Source: SAR86 cluster bacterium SAR86B
GTDB lineage: Bacteria > Pseudomonadota > Gammaproteobacteria > Magnimaribacterales > D2472
Length of the DNA stretch: 64,000 nucleotides
Direction: 5' to 3'
Assembly: GCA_905182885.1 (NCBI GenBank)
Contig: CAJJCW010000002.1
Coordinates: 24,107-88,106, forward strand
Shown here: positions 11,001 through 21,272 of the stretch, piece by piece
Layout of the letters: the number at the start of each line of letters is the position of its first letter
Numbering within the stretch: the first letter of the stretch is position 1
The notes under the pieces: generated by a model
What the model was told of the DNA's origin: nothing
What the model saw: the letters and a program-made list of their open reading frames with translations, nothing else
The model's database searches: none
Made by a program: the position numbers and the translations under genes

Positions 11001-11653
11001 AAGTTAAATTCTATAGTAGTTGAGCCAACTTGCTGAACTGGAACGCCATTAACAACACGTGGTTTAAATTTCCATCTCAATACAGCCTGAATAGCTGCTC
11101 TGTCAAAAATTCTTGGCGGCCTTGATTCACTAATAATAGCATCTATGACCTTCCCGTCCTCATCAACCGTTAATGTAATAGTTACGAAACCTGTCTTACC
11201 AGATATCAAGGCATCTCTGGGATAACGAGGCGCTATTCTAACAAGTGGAATTAATGCACTATTTGAAGCAACAGAATTGGAACCCTTAAGCATTGCTCCT
11301 TTTAGATCAACTGGTGTTTTAATATCAGGAAATTTTATATCAAGATTTGCTGTTGTTGGTTGAACAATGTCTGGAGTTTCTAATTTTGGCGGTGGTGGTT
11401 TCTTAGGTGGAGGTGGCTTGTCAGGTAGAGCTCTTTGCCTCTCATTAAGAAAATCATTTTTTCTCAGCCTAACAAAATCAACAACACTAGAGTCCTTAAC
11501 TGAGTTAAAGCCAACTCCACTAGGTAAGATTATTATGTAAATAATTAAAAAAATAAAAAAAGTACTAAATACTCCTCCAAAAATGGAGATAGTTTTTTTA
11601 TTTTTTAGATCAATCTTGCGAAGCAGCGATTGAAACATTTTGAACTCCTGCAA
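10997..11653 (-). CDS. tonB: Energy transducer TonB
   Basis: N-terminal TM, Pro-rich spacer DKPPPPKKPPPPKLETPD, and a C-terminal TonB domain (APRYPRDALISGKTGFVTITLTVDEDGKV...). The true start may be the internal Met at 11638. Confidence 0.8.
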   Translation of the reverse strand: MQEFKMFQSLLRKIDLKNKKTISIFGGVFSTFFIFLIIYIIILPSGVGFNSVKDSSVVDFVRLRKNDFLNERQRALPDKPPPPKKPPPPKLETPDIVQPTTANLDIKFPDIKTPVDLKGAMLKGSNSVASNSALIPLVRIAPRYPRDALISGKTGFVTITLTVDEDGKVIDAIISESRPPRIFDRAAIQAVLRWKFKPRVVNGVPVQQVGSTTIEFNL

Positions 11654-12011
11654 GCCTTACTTGATCCATAGTCTCTACTAAAAATCCTGTCTTTGAGGCT
11701 TTATCAGCCTGAATAATTACAGAGCCTTCCGGATTTTCTGCCTTAAGCCTTTCGACGTTGGCCCTAACTGATCTTAAATCAATCATTCTTTTATCAATCC
11801 ATATTTCATCGTTTGCTGTAATGGCAATTAGTATATTTCCTCTTTCATCTCTCACGGCTGTTGCTGCATTAGGTCTATTAACTTCAACACCAGTCTCTTT
11901 AACGAAAGAGGTGGTAACAATAAAAAATATTAACATTATGAACACAATATCTAACATAGGTGTTATGTCGATTGTAGATTCGTCTCTTTCTTTATTTCTT
12001 CTTCTAATCAT
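11610..12011 (-). CDS. exbD: Biopolymer transport protein ExbD/TolR
   Basis: 133 aa with the ITPMLDIVFIMLIFFIV TM segment and an ExbD-like periplasmic domain. Confidence 0.85.
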   Translation of the reverse strand: MIRRRNKERDESTIDITPMLDIVFIMLIFFIVTTSFVKETGVEVNRPNAATAVRDERGNILIAITANDEIWIDKRMIDLRSVRANVERLKAENPEGSVIIQADKASKTGFLVETMDQVRLAGVQNVSIAASQD

Positions 12012-12541
12012 GATTTCACTTGCTCAATTTCATATTTAATACTTAAAGTGGCTTTATCTATTGTAGATTTAATCGCTGTAAGCATAAACAACCCAACAAT
12101 GGAGATAAACAACCCAGTCATAGTTGGTAAAGTTGCCCTAGCTATCCCTGAAGCCATAAGCCTAGCATTACCCGTTCCGGTAATGGCCATAATATCAAAA
12201 ACCTCTATCATCCCCGTAACAGTTCCAAGGAGACCAAGCAAAGGGCATAAAGCGATTAAACCCTGTATTAAAAGAATATTTTTACTAGCCTTAGCATTAA
12301 TAATCGAAATATTTTTTAATTTGATCTTGTTAAAAAGCCATTTATTTTTAATCTTAAAACTAGTCAGATCATCAACAGCATTTTTAGTGAGGTTTTGTAA
12401 ATCAGAAGCATAAAACAGCACTCTTTCTATAAGAAGAGATGTCATTATTATAGCAAGAATAAACAAAACCACTATTACAGGACCGCCCCTATCAAAGAAA
12501 TCTAAGATAGATTTAAATGGAAGAGCGATAAAGTAAAACAT
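12008..12541 (-). CDS. exbB: MotA/TolQ/ExbB proton channel protein
   Basis: 177 aa with the conserved LLGLLGTVTGMIEVF channel motif. Confidence 0.85.
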   Translation of the reverse strand: MFYFIALPFKSILDFFDRGGPVIVVLFILAIIMTSLLIERVLFYASDLQNLTKNAVDDLTSFKIKNKWLFNKIKLKNISIINAKASKNILLIQGLIALCPLLGLLGTVTGMIEVFDIMAITGTGNARLMASGIARATLPTMTGLFISIVGLFMLTAIKSTIDKATLSIKYEIEQVKS

Positions 12542-13905
12542 TATTTATTGATTGATGATGTCGCTACGAAACCTATTGCTTGTTCTTCGTATATCTGGGA
12601 TATAGCTCTGCTTCTAGAATCTAGAAGGTTGTGAATAAACAATAGAGGAACTGCCGCTATTAATCCAAGCATTGTAGTAACAAGAGCTTGAGAAATTCCA
12701 CCAGCCATCAATTTAGGATCACCGGTGCCGAATAAAGTAATAGCTTGGAATGTCTCAATCATACCTATAACCGTACCAAGAAGACCAAGCAATGGAGCAA
12801 CAGCTGCCAGTAGCTTAATAATACTTAAATTCTTCTCTAAAGGCGGTGAGGCTTTTGCTAAAACATCTTCAAGTTGAGCCTCTAGCTCTTCAGGATTATC
12901 TCCTTTATAGCTTGAGTAAATATTATTTAACTTACCTAGTATAGATTCATTTGAAAACTTGCCAGATTGGAGTTCTCCATCAATTGATTTTGATTCTTTA
13001 TATAAAAACTGGAACTGAATAGCTCCCATGGCAATACCCAAAGTAAGGATTATAAGAATTACATAACCAACAAAACCACCCTGGTTTATTCTTTCAAAGA
13101 AACCAGCACGATCAATAAGCATTGTTAACAATGATCCCCTAGTAGGGTCTATATAAACCTCTCTGTAATCAAGCTTCGAGTTTTGAAGTTTTTTAGCAGC
13201 TCTCCTAATTGAGCCATCAGGCTGTTTAGCTAAATACTCTAAAGAGTTTTGCTCGCTAACTAGGTTAAGATAATTACCATCTGAAACAGTATTAAAAACT
13301 CCTATTCTCAGGACATCTCTATTAACCAATTCTCCAGATTTAGAGAGAATGTCTGTATTGTAAGATTTAATTTTTCCACTTTGGTTAAGTTCATTTAATA
13401 TTTCATACCAAAGTCTTTCAAGTTCTGCAGTAGTTGGTAGGTCAAGACTTTTACGTTCAGCTAAGTCTCCTAAAAACTCTACCCTATCTGGAAACTCTAT
13501 ATTTGTTAGTGATAACATAAACTGGCCTTTAGACTCTCCTGCCGTCTGCCTAACAATACCAAATAACTCTCCAAAAGAGCCAAGCTTTAAAGTAAGTTGC
13601 TCCTCTAATTCAGATAGCTTTGCGTCATTCGCCTCATACTGATCTGTTAACCTAACACTTCTAGCTTCCTGTGCTTTCAAATTAGCCCTCATCTTTGTAA
13701 GAAGAGATTGTTGTTTGTTTTTATCTGATAGAAATTTTGTTAATCTTGTCGTATCTTCTTTCGCTCTTATAGATGCTGTGTTTTTTACAGACTCTACAAG
13801 AAGATCTAGGTCAGTAATAACTGGAGCTACTAACTGTTGCTCAGCATTATCTTGCGCAGATAAACTAAATATTAAAAAAGGTAGTAAATATAATTTTTTA
13901 TTCAT
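12541..13905 (-). CDS. Large MotA/TolQ/ExbB-family protein with a long periplasmic N-terminal extension (TtpC-like)
   Basis: 454 aa: signal peptide, about 270-aa soluble coiled region, then an ExbB-type TM bundle (PLLGLLGTVIGMIETF). Confidence 0.75.
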   Translation of the reverse strand: MNKKLYLLPFLIFSLSAQDNAEQQLVAPVITDLDLLVESVKNTASIRAKEDTTRLTKFLSDKNKQQSLLTKMRANLKAQEARSVRLTDQYEANDAKLSELEEQLTLKLGSFGELFGIVRQTAGESKGQFMLSLTNIEFPDRVEFLGDLAERKSLDLPTTAELERLWYEILNELNQSGKIKSYNTDILSKSGELVNRDVLRIGVFNTVSDGNYLNLVSEQNSLEYLAKQPDGSIRRAAKKLQNSKLDYREVYIDPTRGSLLTMLIDRAGFFERINQGGFVGYVILIILTLGIAMGAIQFQFLYKESKSIDGELQSGKFSNESILGKLNNIYSSYKGDNPEELEAQLEDVLAKASPPLEKNLSIIKLLAAVAPLLGLLGTVIGMIETFQAITLFGTGDPKLMAGGISQALVTTMLGLIAAVPLLFIHNLLDSRSRAISQIYEEQAIGFVATSSINK

Positions 13906-14674
13906 TTTCTTCTCTGTAAACCGGTATTTTAATTAAAGCTGGAGGTGCTTGTTTAGTTGCTATCTTAAGCGCATCAGCGGTTGATCTCTTAATAGAAGAG
14001 GTTGACTCTTCCCATGATGAGGAGCTTGTATCCCAATAGCCACCCTTACTTCCGTCTACCGTTAAATAAGTTAATGCTATTCTTCCTATTCTAAGAAAGT
14101 CAGCGCTGGTCTCGACATCATCAATAATAATATTATCTCTGTAAGCCTCAATAGTTCTTCCATACTCTAATTCTGTTTTATAAGCTTCTGTTATTAGTCT
14201 GAACTTTTCAGAAGTTGAGATATCACCCCTGTCCATAGTTGTCTTAAGGTTGATTACTCTTTCAGCTCTTTCCGTCATTAAAAATGGAAGGTCAAGTAAA
14301 ATAAAATTTTCTAGGCCATCTATCATTTTAAGCATAAGAGGTACAATTCTTTGATTTGTTTGATCTAACTCGCCAATCTTTAAAATAATATTTTCAATTT
14401 CACTGAGCTGAGAATTTATTATTTTTTGCACTTGATCATTGTAAAGTTTTAGTGATTCGTATTCTTTTGATGTAGATTGAAAATCCGCAAGCAGAATTCT
14501 TGTTTGCTCGTCAAGATTAATAATCTGTTCTTGAGTTAGGCCGGATTTCTCAATGCTTTTCTTAGATATAGAAATTGAATCTTTGATTTGATTTCTATCA
14601 TCCATCGTCTCCTGGGCAAAAGTTGCCGAGGTGAAAATTGACATAATAACAAATGGTAAATAAGTGTTTTTCAT
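13898..14674 (-). CDS. DUF3450-family periplasmic protein (TtpB-like), first gene of the TonB2-type cluster
   Basis: Start set at MKNTYLPFVIMSIFTSATFAQ, a signal peptide. The ORF-track start at 14707 lies inside the upstream terminator hairpin. Coiled-coil N-half plus ...EKFRLITEAYKTELEYGRTIEAY...FLRIGRIALTY... Confidence 0.65.
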   Translation of the reverse strand: MKNTYLPFVIMSIFTSATFAQETMDDRNQIKDSISISKKSIEKSGLTQEQIINLDEQTRILLADFQSTSKEYESLKLYNDQVQKIINSQLSEIENIILKIGELDQTNQRIVPLMLKMIDGLENFILLDLPFLMTERAERVINLKTTMDRGDISTSEKFRLITEAYKTELEYGRTIEAYRDNIIIDDVETSADFLRIGRIALTYLTVDGSKGGYWDTSSSSWEESTSSIKRSTADALKIATKQAPPALIKIPVYREENE

Positions 14675-14693
14675 AATAGTAATAATTTTATAG

Positions 14694-14720
14694 AAAAAAG
14701 GAGGCAAAAGCCTCCTTTTT
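14694..14720 (-). terminator. Rho-independent terminator after the 1012-aa TBDR gene
   Basis: AAAAAA-GGAGGC-AAAA-GCCTCC-TTTTT. On the minus strand the stem is followed by T6. It lies 17 nt after the TBDR stop. Confidence 0.6.
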
Positions 14721-14736
14721 AATGTTTAGTTCTAGC

Positions 14737-17700
14737 TTAGAATCTTAGCTGATAGGCTAAGTAAGCTTGTGGTCCAAATCTTGGGTATCTGAAAGAGTTG
14801 AAACCGTAAGGATAAAAAGAACTTCCGTTATCATAAGCATTATCTGAATCTGGTATAGAGTCAAATATGTTTGTAACAGTAAATCCAATATATGAATCCT
14901 GAGTTATGTCATAGCTAATCGAAAGGTTTGTATCAAAGTAAGGACTCTTAGTTCCGTCATATCCTTCCATGTGACCAACTCTCAATGTAGATGTGCTAGC
15001 ACTCCAGTCACCACGAGACCAACCAAGTCTAATAGACTGTCTTGATCTTGGTGTATACACACTATTCATATAACTTAACAGTGGATCACCAACATCTTCA
15101 GCAAATTTTAAGTCGATTTGATTAGAATTATTAAGTGAGAAGAAGAAGTCACCAGCTGCATCAGTAACCCAGCTATAGCTTACAGATGTATCTACCCCTA
15201 GGAATTCTTGACCAGCAATATTAACAGGTGTTTCGTATAAAGCAGTTATAGAACCATCAGCTAATGAAGTAGGACTCTGAGCAATAAGCTCTTTTCCACC
15301 CCTAACTATTGAAGAATAAACTTGTGAACAGTATGAGTCTGGATAATCAGTAAACGCTGAAAGCGTTGCACCTGCGTCTCTAGCTCTACATACAGCCTCG
15401 TCTCTAACAATACCATCAAGAGATTTTGTTGAAACAATATCATTTAATTTAATATGGAAAGCATCAAAAGTGAATGCAAGTCTATCAATTGGCTCATAAA
15501 CAAAACCTATAGAGAAAGAATCACCTTCTTCTTCCTTAAGATTTAAGTTACCAGTTGTAACTCCGTCTACGTTTGAAATGCTATAAATAGCTCCACAAGT
15601 AGCACCTGTTTGACCGAAGTTTCCGTCTGCATAACACTGAGCGTAATCTGTTGCAGACGTAAAGAATCTTCTCTCACCTACAAATGAATAAGGAAGATCA
15701 GGAGCTTTAAATGACTCAGACCAAGATCCTCTCATTAAGAAGTTATCTGATGGTCTCCACTCAAATGTAGCACCGTAAGTTTTTCTATCAACATTAACTT
15801 TAGAGTCGTCGTACTCGTCAACTCTTGCTGAAAGACTAAGTAATAATGTTTCAAGAACTGGTATTGAAAGCTCAAAGCCAAATGCTTGTCTATCTCTCTC
15901 ACCACCACCATCAACTCCACCAATACCCCATAGTTTACCGTCTTTATTTAATTGACTTAATTGAACGTCATAACCTTTAGTTTGATGCTCAACAACAGCA
16001 GCAAATTGAAGAGGTCCGTAAGGTAACTGCATGATTTCACCAGTTATACTTGCTTGAAATAACTCAGAAAATGCATCAGCAGGTTCTACGTTAGGTACTC
16101 TTAATTTTTCAATTTCTTCAGAAGACTGAGCATTTAAGTACCAGTCCCAGTTATAACAGTTAGGCTGATTGTATGAAGCTGAATAAGCATACCATCCGTA
16201 ATTATCAACCGCTTCGCCATTACTTGCATCTCCATCTATAAGATCTGTAGAATCTAGAACACAGGCATTACCCCATCCATCAACTCCACCAATATTATGA
16301 ATTTTGTCATAAAGATCCGAAGCTAGAAAATTCCTTCCAGATGAAACTACGTCATACGTATTATCAGTGTATGAAACATCCCATTCGTATCCATTAGATA
16401 AAATACCTCTTAAGCCGATATCCATTGTTGTTGTTTCTTCGTCATATTCTGTTCCTCTAACAGCGTTAGAGAATATTTTTTGGATTCTAAAGTCCATCAT
16501 CGAAGCTTGACTACCAGCAGCCGGCTGATTACTTGGCACACCATAAGTTTGTGTATATTGTGTTCCATATTGCTGAGGACCTGCTACCCATACAAAAGGA
16601 GTAAATAGGTTATCTAAAGTACCTGCAGTAAATGTCGTCATGTGAACAATTTTTGCATAGGCTTCAATTTTATCTGTTAACTCGTAAGTTCCAGATAGAT
16701 ATAATGAAGTTTTTTGTCTTTCGTTTGTTAATGTTCCATTAGAACTTGTATCCATTCCACAATATGAACCAAAGAAACTAGCAGCATAAGCATTATGTTG
16801 TTCATCTGTAGCTTTAGTGTAACCAGGATCAGCTTGGGCACATGTAAAGTTAGTAGCCGCTCCGTCAGGACCGATTAACTGGTCAGGAGTAATATGCAAA
16901 CCATAATAGTATTGGTCTCTTATTAATAGGCCTCTACTAGGGATAGGTACAGCTGCACTTCCATCTAGATATGAATCATGTTCACTTCTACTTTTAATTG
17001 GGATTGATTGTTCGTCAGTGTATTCAAAAGCGTATGTATATGATGCTTTATCAGTGAAGCCACCGCCTGAAAATTCAAAGTTTATAGATTCGCCACCAGT
17101 GCCTTGTCCAACACCACTACCAGCAACAACTCTAACTGTATTTTTTTCTAAACCGTCAACAAGAATAACGTTAACAACACCAGCAACTGCGTCTGACCCG
17201 TAAACAGAAGATGCTCCAGATGTTAATACTTCAATTCTATCAACAGCTGCTAGAGGAATAGATCCCCAGTTAAACGATGCAGACTCTCCGTTATAAGGAA
17301 ACGGGTAATCGGCTGTTCTTTTGCCGTTAACAAGAACAAGTGTTCTTCCCGGTCCAAAGTCTCTTAAGTTAATTGGTTGAAGAGATCCGTTAAAACCAGC
17401 TTGAAAGTTTTCACCATTAATACTACCAGTATTTTGAGTCAAATTACTCACTGCATCATATACAGTTTGGAAACCTTGAGACTCGATATCTGATCTAGTA
17501 ATAGTTATTAACGGAGTTGCTCCTTCAATATCAGTTCTTTTAATTCTAGAACCTGTAACACTAACTCTACCAAGTTCTTGAACATCATCATCTGATGAAG
17601 AGTTGTTGTTAGCGACTTGAGTTTCTGTAACAACTTCTTCAGTAGTAGATTCAGCAGCAGTTTCAGTAGTTGTTTGCTCTGTGTCAGTTGAAGAAACGTC

Positions 17701-17775
17701 TTCACCTGGGTTGTCAGCAAACAAAATACCAAATGACAAAAAGCCCGTTAATAGTAAAATATTCTTGTTTAACAT
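14737..17775 (-). CDS. TonB-dependent receptor (1012 aa)
   Basis: Signal peptide, Thr/Glu-rich linker, TonB-box-like ELGRVSVTGSRI, plug domain (...VLVNGKR...VEVLTSGASSVYGSDAVAGVVNV), long barrel, and a C-terminal aromatic (...YQLRF). Confidence 0.9.
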   Translation of the reverse strand: MLNKNILLLTGFLSFGILFADNPGEDVSSTDTEQTTTETAAESTTEEVVTETQVANNNSSSDDDVQELGRVSVTGSRIKRTDIEGATPLITITRSDIESQGFQTVYDAVSNLTQNTGSINGENFQAGFNGSLQPINLRDFGPGRTLVLVNGKRTADYPFPYNGESASFNWGSIPLAAVDRIEVLTSGASSVYGSDAVAGVVNVILVDGLEKNTVRVVAGSGVGQGTGGESINFEFSGGGFTDKASYTYAFEYTDEQSIPIKSRSEHDSYLDGSAAVPIPSRGLLIRDQYYYGLHITPDQLIGPDGAATNFTCAQADPGYTKATDEQHNAYAASFFGSYCGMDTSSNGTLTNERQKTSLYLSGTYELTDKIEAYAKIVHMTTFTAGTLDNLFTPFVWVAGPQQYGTQYTQTYGVPSNQPAAGSQASMMDFRIQKIFSNAVRGTEYDEETTTMDIGLRGILSNGYEWDVSYTDNTYDVVSSGRNFLASDLYDKIHNIGGVDGWGNACVLDSTDLIDGDASNGEAVDNYGWYAYSASYNQPNCYNWDWYLNAQSSEEIEKLRVPNVEPADAFSELFQASITGEIMQLPYGPLQFAAVVEHQTKGYDVQLSQLNKDGKLWGIGGVDGGGERDRQAFGFELSIPVLETLLLSLSARVDEYDDSKVNVDRKTYGATFEWRPSDNFLMRGSWSESFKAPDLPYSFVGERRFFTSATDYAQCYADGNFGQTGATCGAIYSISNVDGVTTGNLNLKEEEGDSFSIGFVYEPIDRLAFTFDAFHIKLNDIVSTKSLDGIVRDEAVCRARDAGATLSAFTDYPDSYCSQVYSSIVRGGKELIAQSPTSLADGSITALYETPVNIAGQEFLGVDTSVSYSWVTDAAGDFFFSLNNSNQIDLKFAEDVGDPLLSYMNSVYTPRSRQSIRLGWSRGDWSASTSTLRVGHMEGYDGTKSPYFDTNLSISYDITQDSYIGFTVTNIFDSIPDSDNAYDNGSSFYPYGFNSFRYPRFGPQAYLAYQLRF

Positions 17776-18035
17776 AATAAATCCCCTTTATTGAATGTTT
17801 GATTATTTATAGTGAGCCTTGATTTAACAGCATATTTCAAAAAAATATACCTAAATGCAAGCTTACACTTCACTGAAATATACCCTTAAGGAGATTTATT
17901 GTAAATAGTTTGCAGTTTTTTATTTACACCCGCTTTCTATCGATATCTCAGAGCTTTTATAAACCGTAAAGGAAACTTGACAATTAATCTATGGAATATA
18001 TATTCATATCTATAAACAAACTAATTATAATCAAA

Positions 18036-20111
18036 ATGACAAAAGTTTTAAAAAATCTATTTACATTAAATTTCATATTTATTTTTAGCTCAATACCTCT
18101 CTCGGTATTTGCCGATGGTCATGACGAGATGATTCCAATTGAAAAGCTTGTCTGCTATGGACAAGGCGCTAGTACTAGCTTGTCCCCATCTGGTAATTTT
18201 ATTGCAGCCATGGTTTCACTTAAAGACAATGTCTGTGAAATAGATGAAAAAGAAGAAACTGATAAAGAGGCAATGAAGGTAGACAGAGTATTAGTTGTTA
18301 CAGATTTAAATACTATGGAGCCAAAAGTACTTTCAGGAACAACGCCAGGATCCTCTGTAAGTAGCTTTTCATGGCTTAATGAAGAAACTTTATTAGTTTC
18401 TAGAGCTGGTGGCGGTGGTTTTGCAGGAGCTAATCTATACACCATTAATAAAGATGGAAGTGATACCACTCTTATAATGGAAGCAAAGCGTTTTAAAAAT
18501 AAGCCAGGTATTAAATATCCTGCTATTTATTCTACTTATCCAAAGTACCCGAATAAAATAATGATCACAGTAAATAGAAATAGTAACTATAGAATTTTTA
18601 GAGATTTATATTGGCTTGATTTAAATACAAAGCAAACAAAACTAGTCGCAAGAGTTCCATCAATTGATGATGAAGGGTTTGCGGGATGGATTGTAGATTG
18701 GGATGGAGTCGCCAGAGGCTTCTCCACCTATGATGACGATGGAGACAATAAAGGTTTGGTTAGAAGTTTTTATGAGTATAACCAAGATGGTTCATATACA
18801 AAGCTTGGAAGCTGTATGCATCAGGAAGCATGCTTTTCTCCTGTTAGATTTGATATAGACAATAAAACTGTTTTAGGAGTTGGCCAAGCTGTTCTTCAAG
18901 ATGGTTCAATTTTAAATGAAACTGATACAAATGCCTTATGGGGATTTGATATGGACACTAAAGAATTTACAGAAATGATATATCATGATCCAGATTTTGA
19001 TATATCTAGCCCTCTTCAAGGTGACAGTAATTTAGGTTTATGGTTCCAAGCTGATGGATCTGATTTGTATGGTTTTTCCTATCAAGCTGAAAAGACTACT
19101 AATGTTTATTTTAATAATCACTTTGCATCGGTATCTAAATCTCTTGAAGGCGCATTCCCCGATCACGAAGTTAGCATAAATGACTGGTCAAACGACTTAA
19201 CAAAATTCTTATTCAGCATATCAAATGAAAGAGACCCAGGCTCTCTTTATATGTTTGATACCTCCAAGGGAAGCTTAGCTTTAATTAAGTCATATGCTCC
19301 ATGGTTAAAAGATTATAAATTAGCCACAACAAAACCTTTCACCTATAAAGCTAGAGATGGATTAAAACTCCATGGTTATATTACGTTTCCTGCAGATTAC
19401 AAGGAAGGATCAAAAATTCCATTTATCTTGCATCCTCATGGAGGCCCTAATGCAAGAGACTACTTTGGGTACAATCCAGAAGTTCAATTTTATGCATCAA
19501 GGGGCTATGGGGTTATTCAACCTAATTATAGAGGCTCTACAGGCCATGGTAGAAAAGAGATGATTCTTGCGAACCATGAAATGGGTAAAACAATGCAAAC
19601 TGATAAATATGACGCTTTGTTCTGGGCTAGGGATATGGGTTATGTTGATATGGATAATATATGTATTTCTGGAGCTAGTTATGGTGGCTATGCAGCAATG
19701 CATGCAGCAACTAAAGAGCCTGATTTATTTAAGTGTGTAATCACATATGTTGGCACTTATGATTTAACAAGCATGGATCTGAGAGGCCTTCAGTGGAGCG
19801 ATGTTGGAATGCCTATGGAATATATAGAAAAAGGTAATCCAGAAAATTCAGAAGACTATAAAAATTTATATGACAACAGCCCTATCTTCTTTGTTGAAAA
19901 TGTTAAAGCTCCAGTATTAATTATCACAGGTAGACGTGATACACAGGTTAGATTTCAGGAAACTGTGGACATGGTAAATAAGTTTAAGCAATTTGATGTA
20001 GATTACGAATATATAATAAAAGGCGATGAAGGACATGGGTTCAGAAAAGAAACTACAAGACTGGAACTTTATAAAGATTACGAAAAGTTTCTAAAAAAAT
20101 ATTTAGACTAA
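18036..20111 (+). CDS. Secreted S9-family serine peptidase (prolyl oligopeptidase / dipeptidyl aminopeptidase type)
   Basis: Start set at MTKVLKNLFTLNFIFIFSSIPLSVFA, a signal peptide. Beta-propeller N-half; catalytic GASYGGY nucleophile elbow; distal D and GHGF. Confidence 0.85.
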   Translation: MTKVLKNLFTLNFIFIFSSIPLSVFADGHDEMIPIEKLVCYGQGASTSLSPSGNFIAAMVSLKDNVCEIDEKEETDKEAMKVDRVLVVTDLNTMEPKVLSGTTPGSSVSSFSWLNEETLLVSRAGGGGFAGANLYTINKDGSDTTLIMEAKRFKNKPGIKYPAIYSTYPKYPNKIMITVNRNSNYRIFRDLYWLDLNTKQTKLVARVPSIDDEGFAGWIVDWDGVARGFSTYDDDGDNKGLVRSFYEYNQDGSYTKLGSCMHQEACFSPVRFDIDNKTVLGVGQAVLQDGSILNETDTNALWGFDMDTKEFTEMIYHDPDFDISSPLQGDSNLGLWFQADGSDLYGFSYQAEKTTNVYFNNHFASVSKSLEGAFPDHEVSINDWSNDLTKFLFSISNERDPGSLYMFDTSKGSLALIKSYAPWLKDYKLATTKPFTYKARDGLKLHGYITFPADYKEGSKIPFILHPHGGPNARDYFGYNPEVQFYASRGYGVIQPNYRGSTGHGRKEMILANHEMGKTMQTDKYDALFWARDMGYVDMDNICISGASYGGYAAMHAATKEPDLFKCVITYVGTYDLTSMDLRGLQWSDVGMPMEYIEKGNPENSEDYKNLYDNSPIFFVENVKAPVLIITGRRDTQVRFQETVDMVNKFKQFDVDYEYIIKGDEGHGFRKETTRLELYKDYEKFLKKYLD

Positions 20112-20112
20112 A

Positions 20113-21270
20113 TTAAAAACTAGCTATGCCTGTTTGTTTTTGACCAAGTATTAGTGCGTGAATATCACTCGTACCTTCGTAAGTATTAACTGCTTCAAGG
20201 TTCATGCAATGTCTTATGACATGATATTCATCACTAACCCCGTTACCACCATGAATATCTCTAGCTGACCTAGCAATATCAAGTGCTTTTTGACAATTAT
20301 TTCTTTTAACTAAAGAAATCATCTCTGGCTTCATAGAGCCCTCATCGATAATTCTTCCAACCCTTAATACACTTTGAAGGCCAAGAGTTATTTCAGTTTG
20401 CATATCAGCCAATTTTTTTTGAATTAACTGCTTGGAGCCTAATTGAGCATTAAACTGAACTCTTTGAAGAGAGTATTCAAGACTGGCACTCCAACAGTGC
20501 TCTGCAGCACCTAATGAACCCCATGCTATTCCGTATCTAGCCATATTCAGGCATGAAAATGGGCCTTTAAAACTTTGAACATCTGGGAGAACCTTTTCCT
20601 CAGAAACAAAGACATCCTCTAAAAAGATTTGACCTGTTACAGAAGCCCTTAAAGCAAACTTGCCTTCTATGACAGGAGTTGTTAATCCTTTAACACCCCT
20701 ATCAACTATGTAACCTCTTAAAATACCTTGCTCATCTTTTGCCCAGATAACTAAAACGTCAGCTATAGGTGAATTAGTAATCCAAGTTTTAGATCCATTA
20801 AGGATATAACCCCCATCAACTTTTTTAGATACGGTCTTCATTGAGCCTGGATCGGAACCGGCATCAGGCTCTGTAAGGCCAAAACATCCTATTAAATCTC
20901 CCTTCGCCATTTCAGGTAAATAGAAGCTCTTTTGGTCCTCAGATCCAAATTTATGAATTGCATGCATTGCAAGTGAGGTTTGCACACTAAATGCTGATCT
21001 GTAACTTGAGTCAACTCTTTCTATTTCTCTGGCAATAATCCCATAAGAGACATAATTAGTTCCAGCACAGCCATAACCTTCAATTGGAGCACCAAGAAAA
21101 CCAAGACTACCCATTTCTTTATATATATTTCTATCAAAAACTTCATTTCTATTATCCAAAAGAATTCTTGGCATTAATTCGGATTGACAGTAATCTCTAG
21201 CGGATTTTTGAATAATGATTTCTTCTTCCGTTAACTGGTCATCGAATTTAAGGATATCTGGGATGTTCAT
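20113..21270 (-). CDS. gcdH: Acyl-CoA dehydrogenase, glutaryl-CoA dehydrogenase-like
   Basis: 385 aa with ...[19 protein letters not shown]...WITNSP... and a C-terminal [13 protein letters not shown]. The overall pattern is that of GcdH. Confidence 0.75.
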   Translation of the reverse strand: MNIPDILKFDDQLTEEEIIIQKSARDYCQSELMPRILLDNRNEVFDRNIYKEMGSLGFLGAPIEGYGCAGTNYVSYGIIAREIERVDSSYRSAFSVQTSLAMHAIHKFGSEDQKSFYLPEMAKGDLIGCFGLTEPDAGSDPGSMKTVSKKVDGGYILNGSKTWITNSPIADVLVIWAKDEQGILRGYIVDRGVKGLTTPVIEGKFALRASVTGQIFLEDVFVSEEKVLPDVQSFKGPFSCLNMARYGIAWGSLGAAEHCWSASLEYSLQRVQFNAQLGSKQLIQKKLADMQTEITLGLQSVLRVGRIIDEGSMKPEMISLVKRNNCQKALDIARSARDIHGGNGVSDEYHVIRHCMNLEAVNTYEGTSDIHALILGQKQTGIASF

Positions 21271-21272
21271 AG

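Noticed and set aside
14675-14707. N-terminal extensions in the ORF track: 14707 for the DUF3450 gene, 17991 for the S9 peptidase, 56528 for clpX, 52718 for hupB, and 32227 for the thiolase-like gene.
   Set aside because: In each case an internal Met gives the expected conserved N-terminus or signal peptide, with a better RBS or context. The extensions run into terminators or neighbouring genes.
17776-17990. I looked for Fur boxes or cobalamin/TPP-type riboswitches in the leaders of the three TBDR genes (also 31193-31455 and 41322-41446).
   Set aside because: Only weak AT-rich partial matches to the Fur consensus (for example TGATTATTTAT), of a kind expected by chance in this composition. 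The leaders lack the GC-rich conserved cores of known riboswitches.
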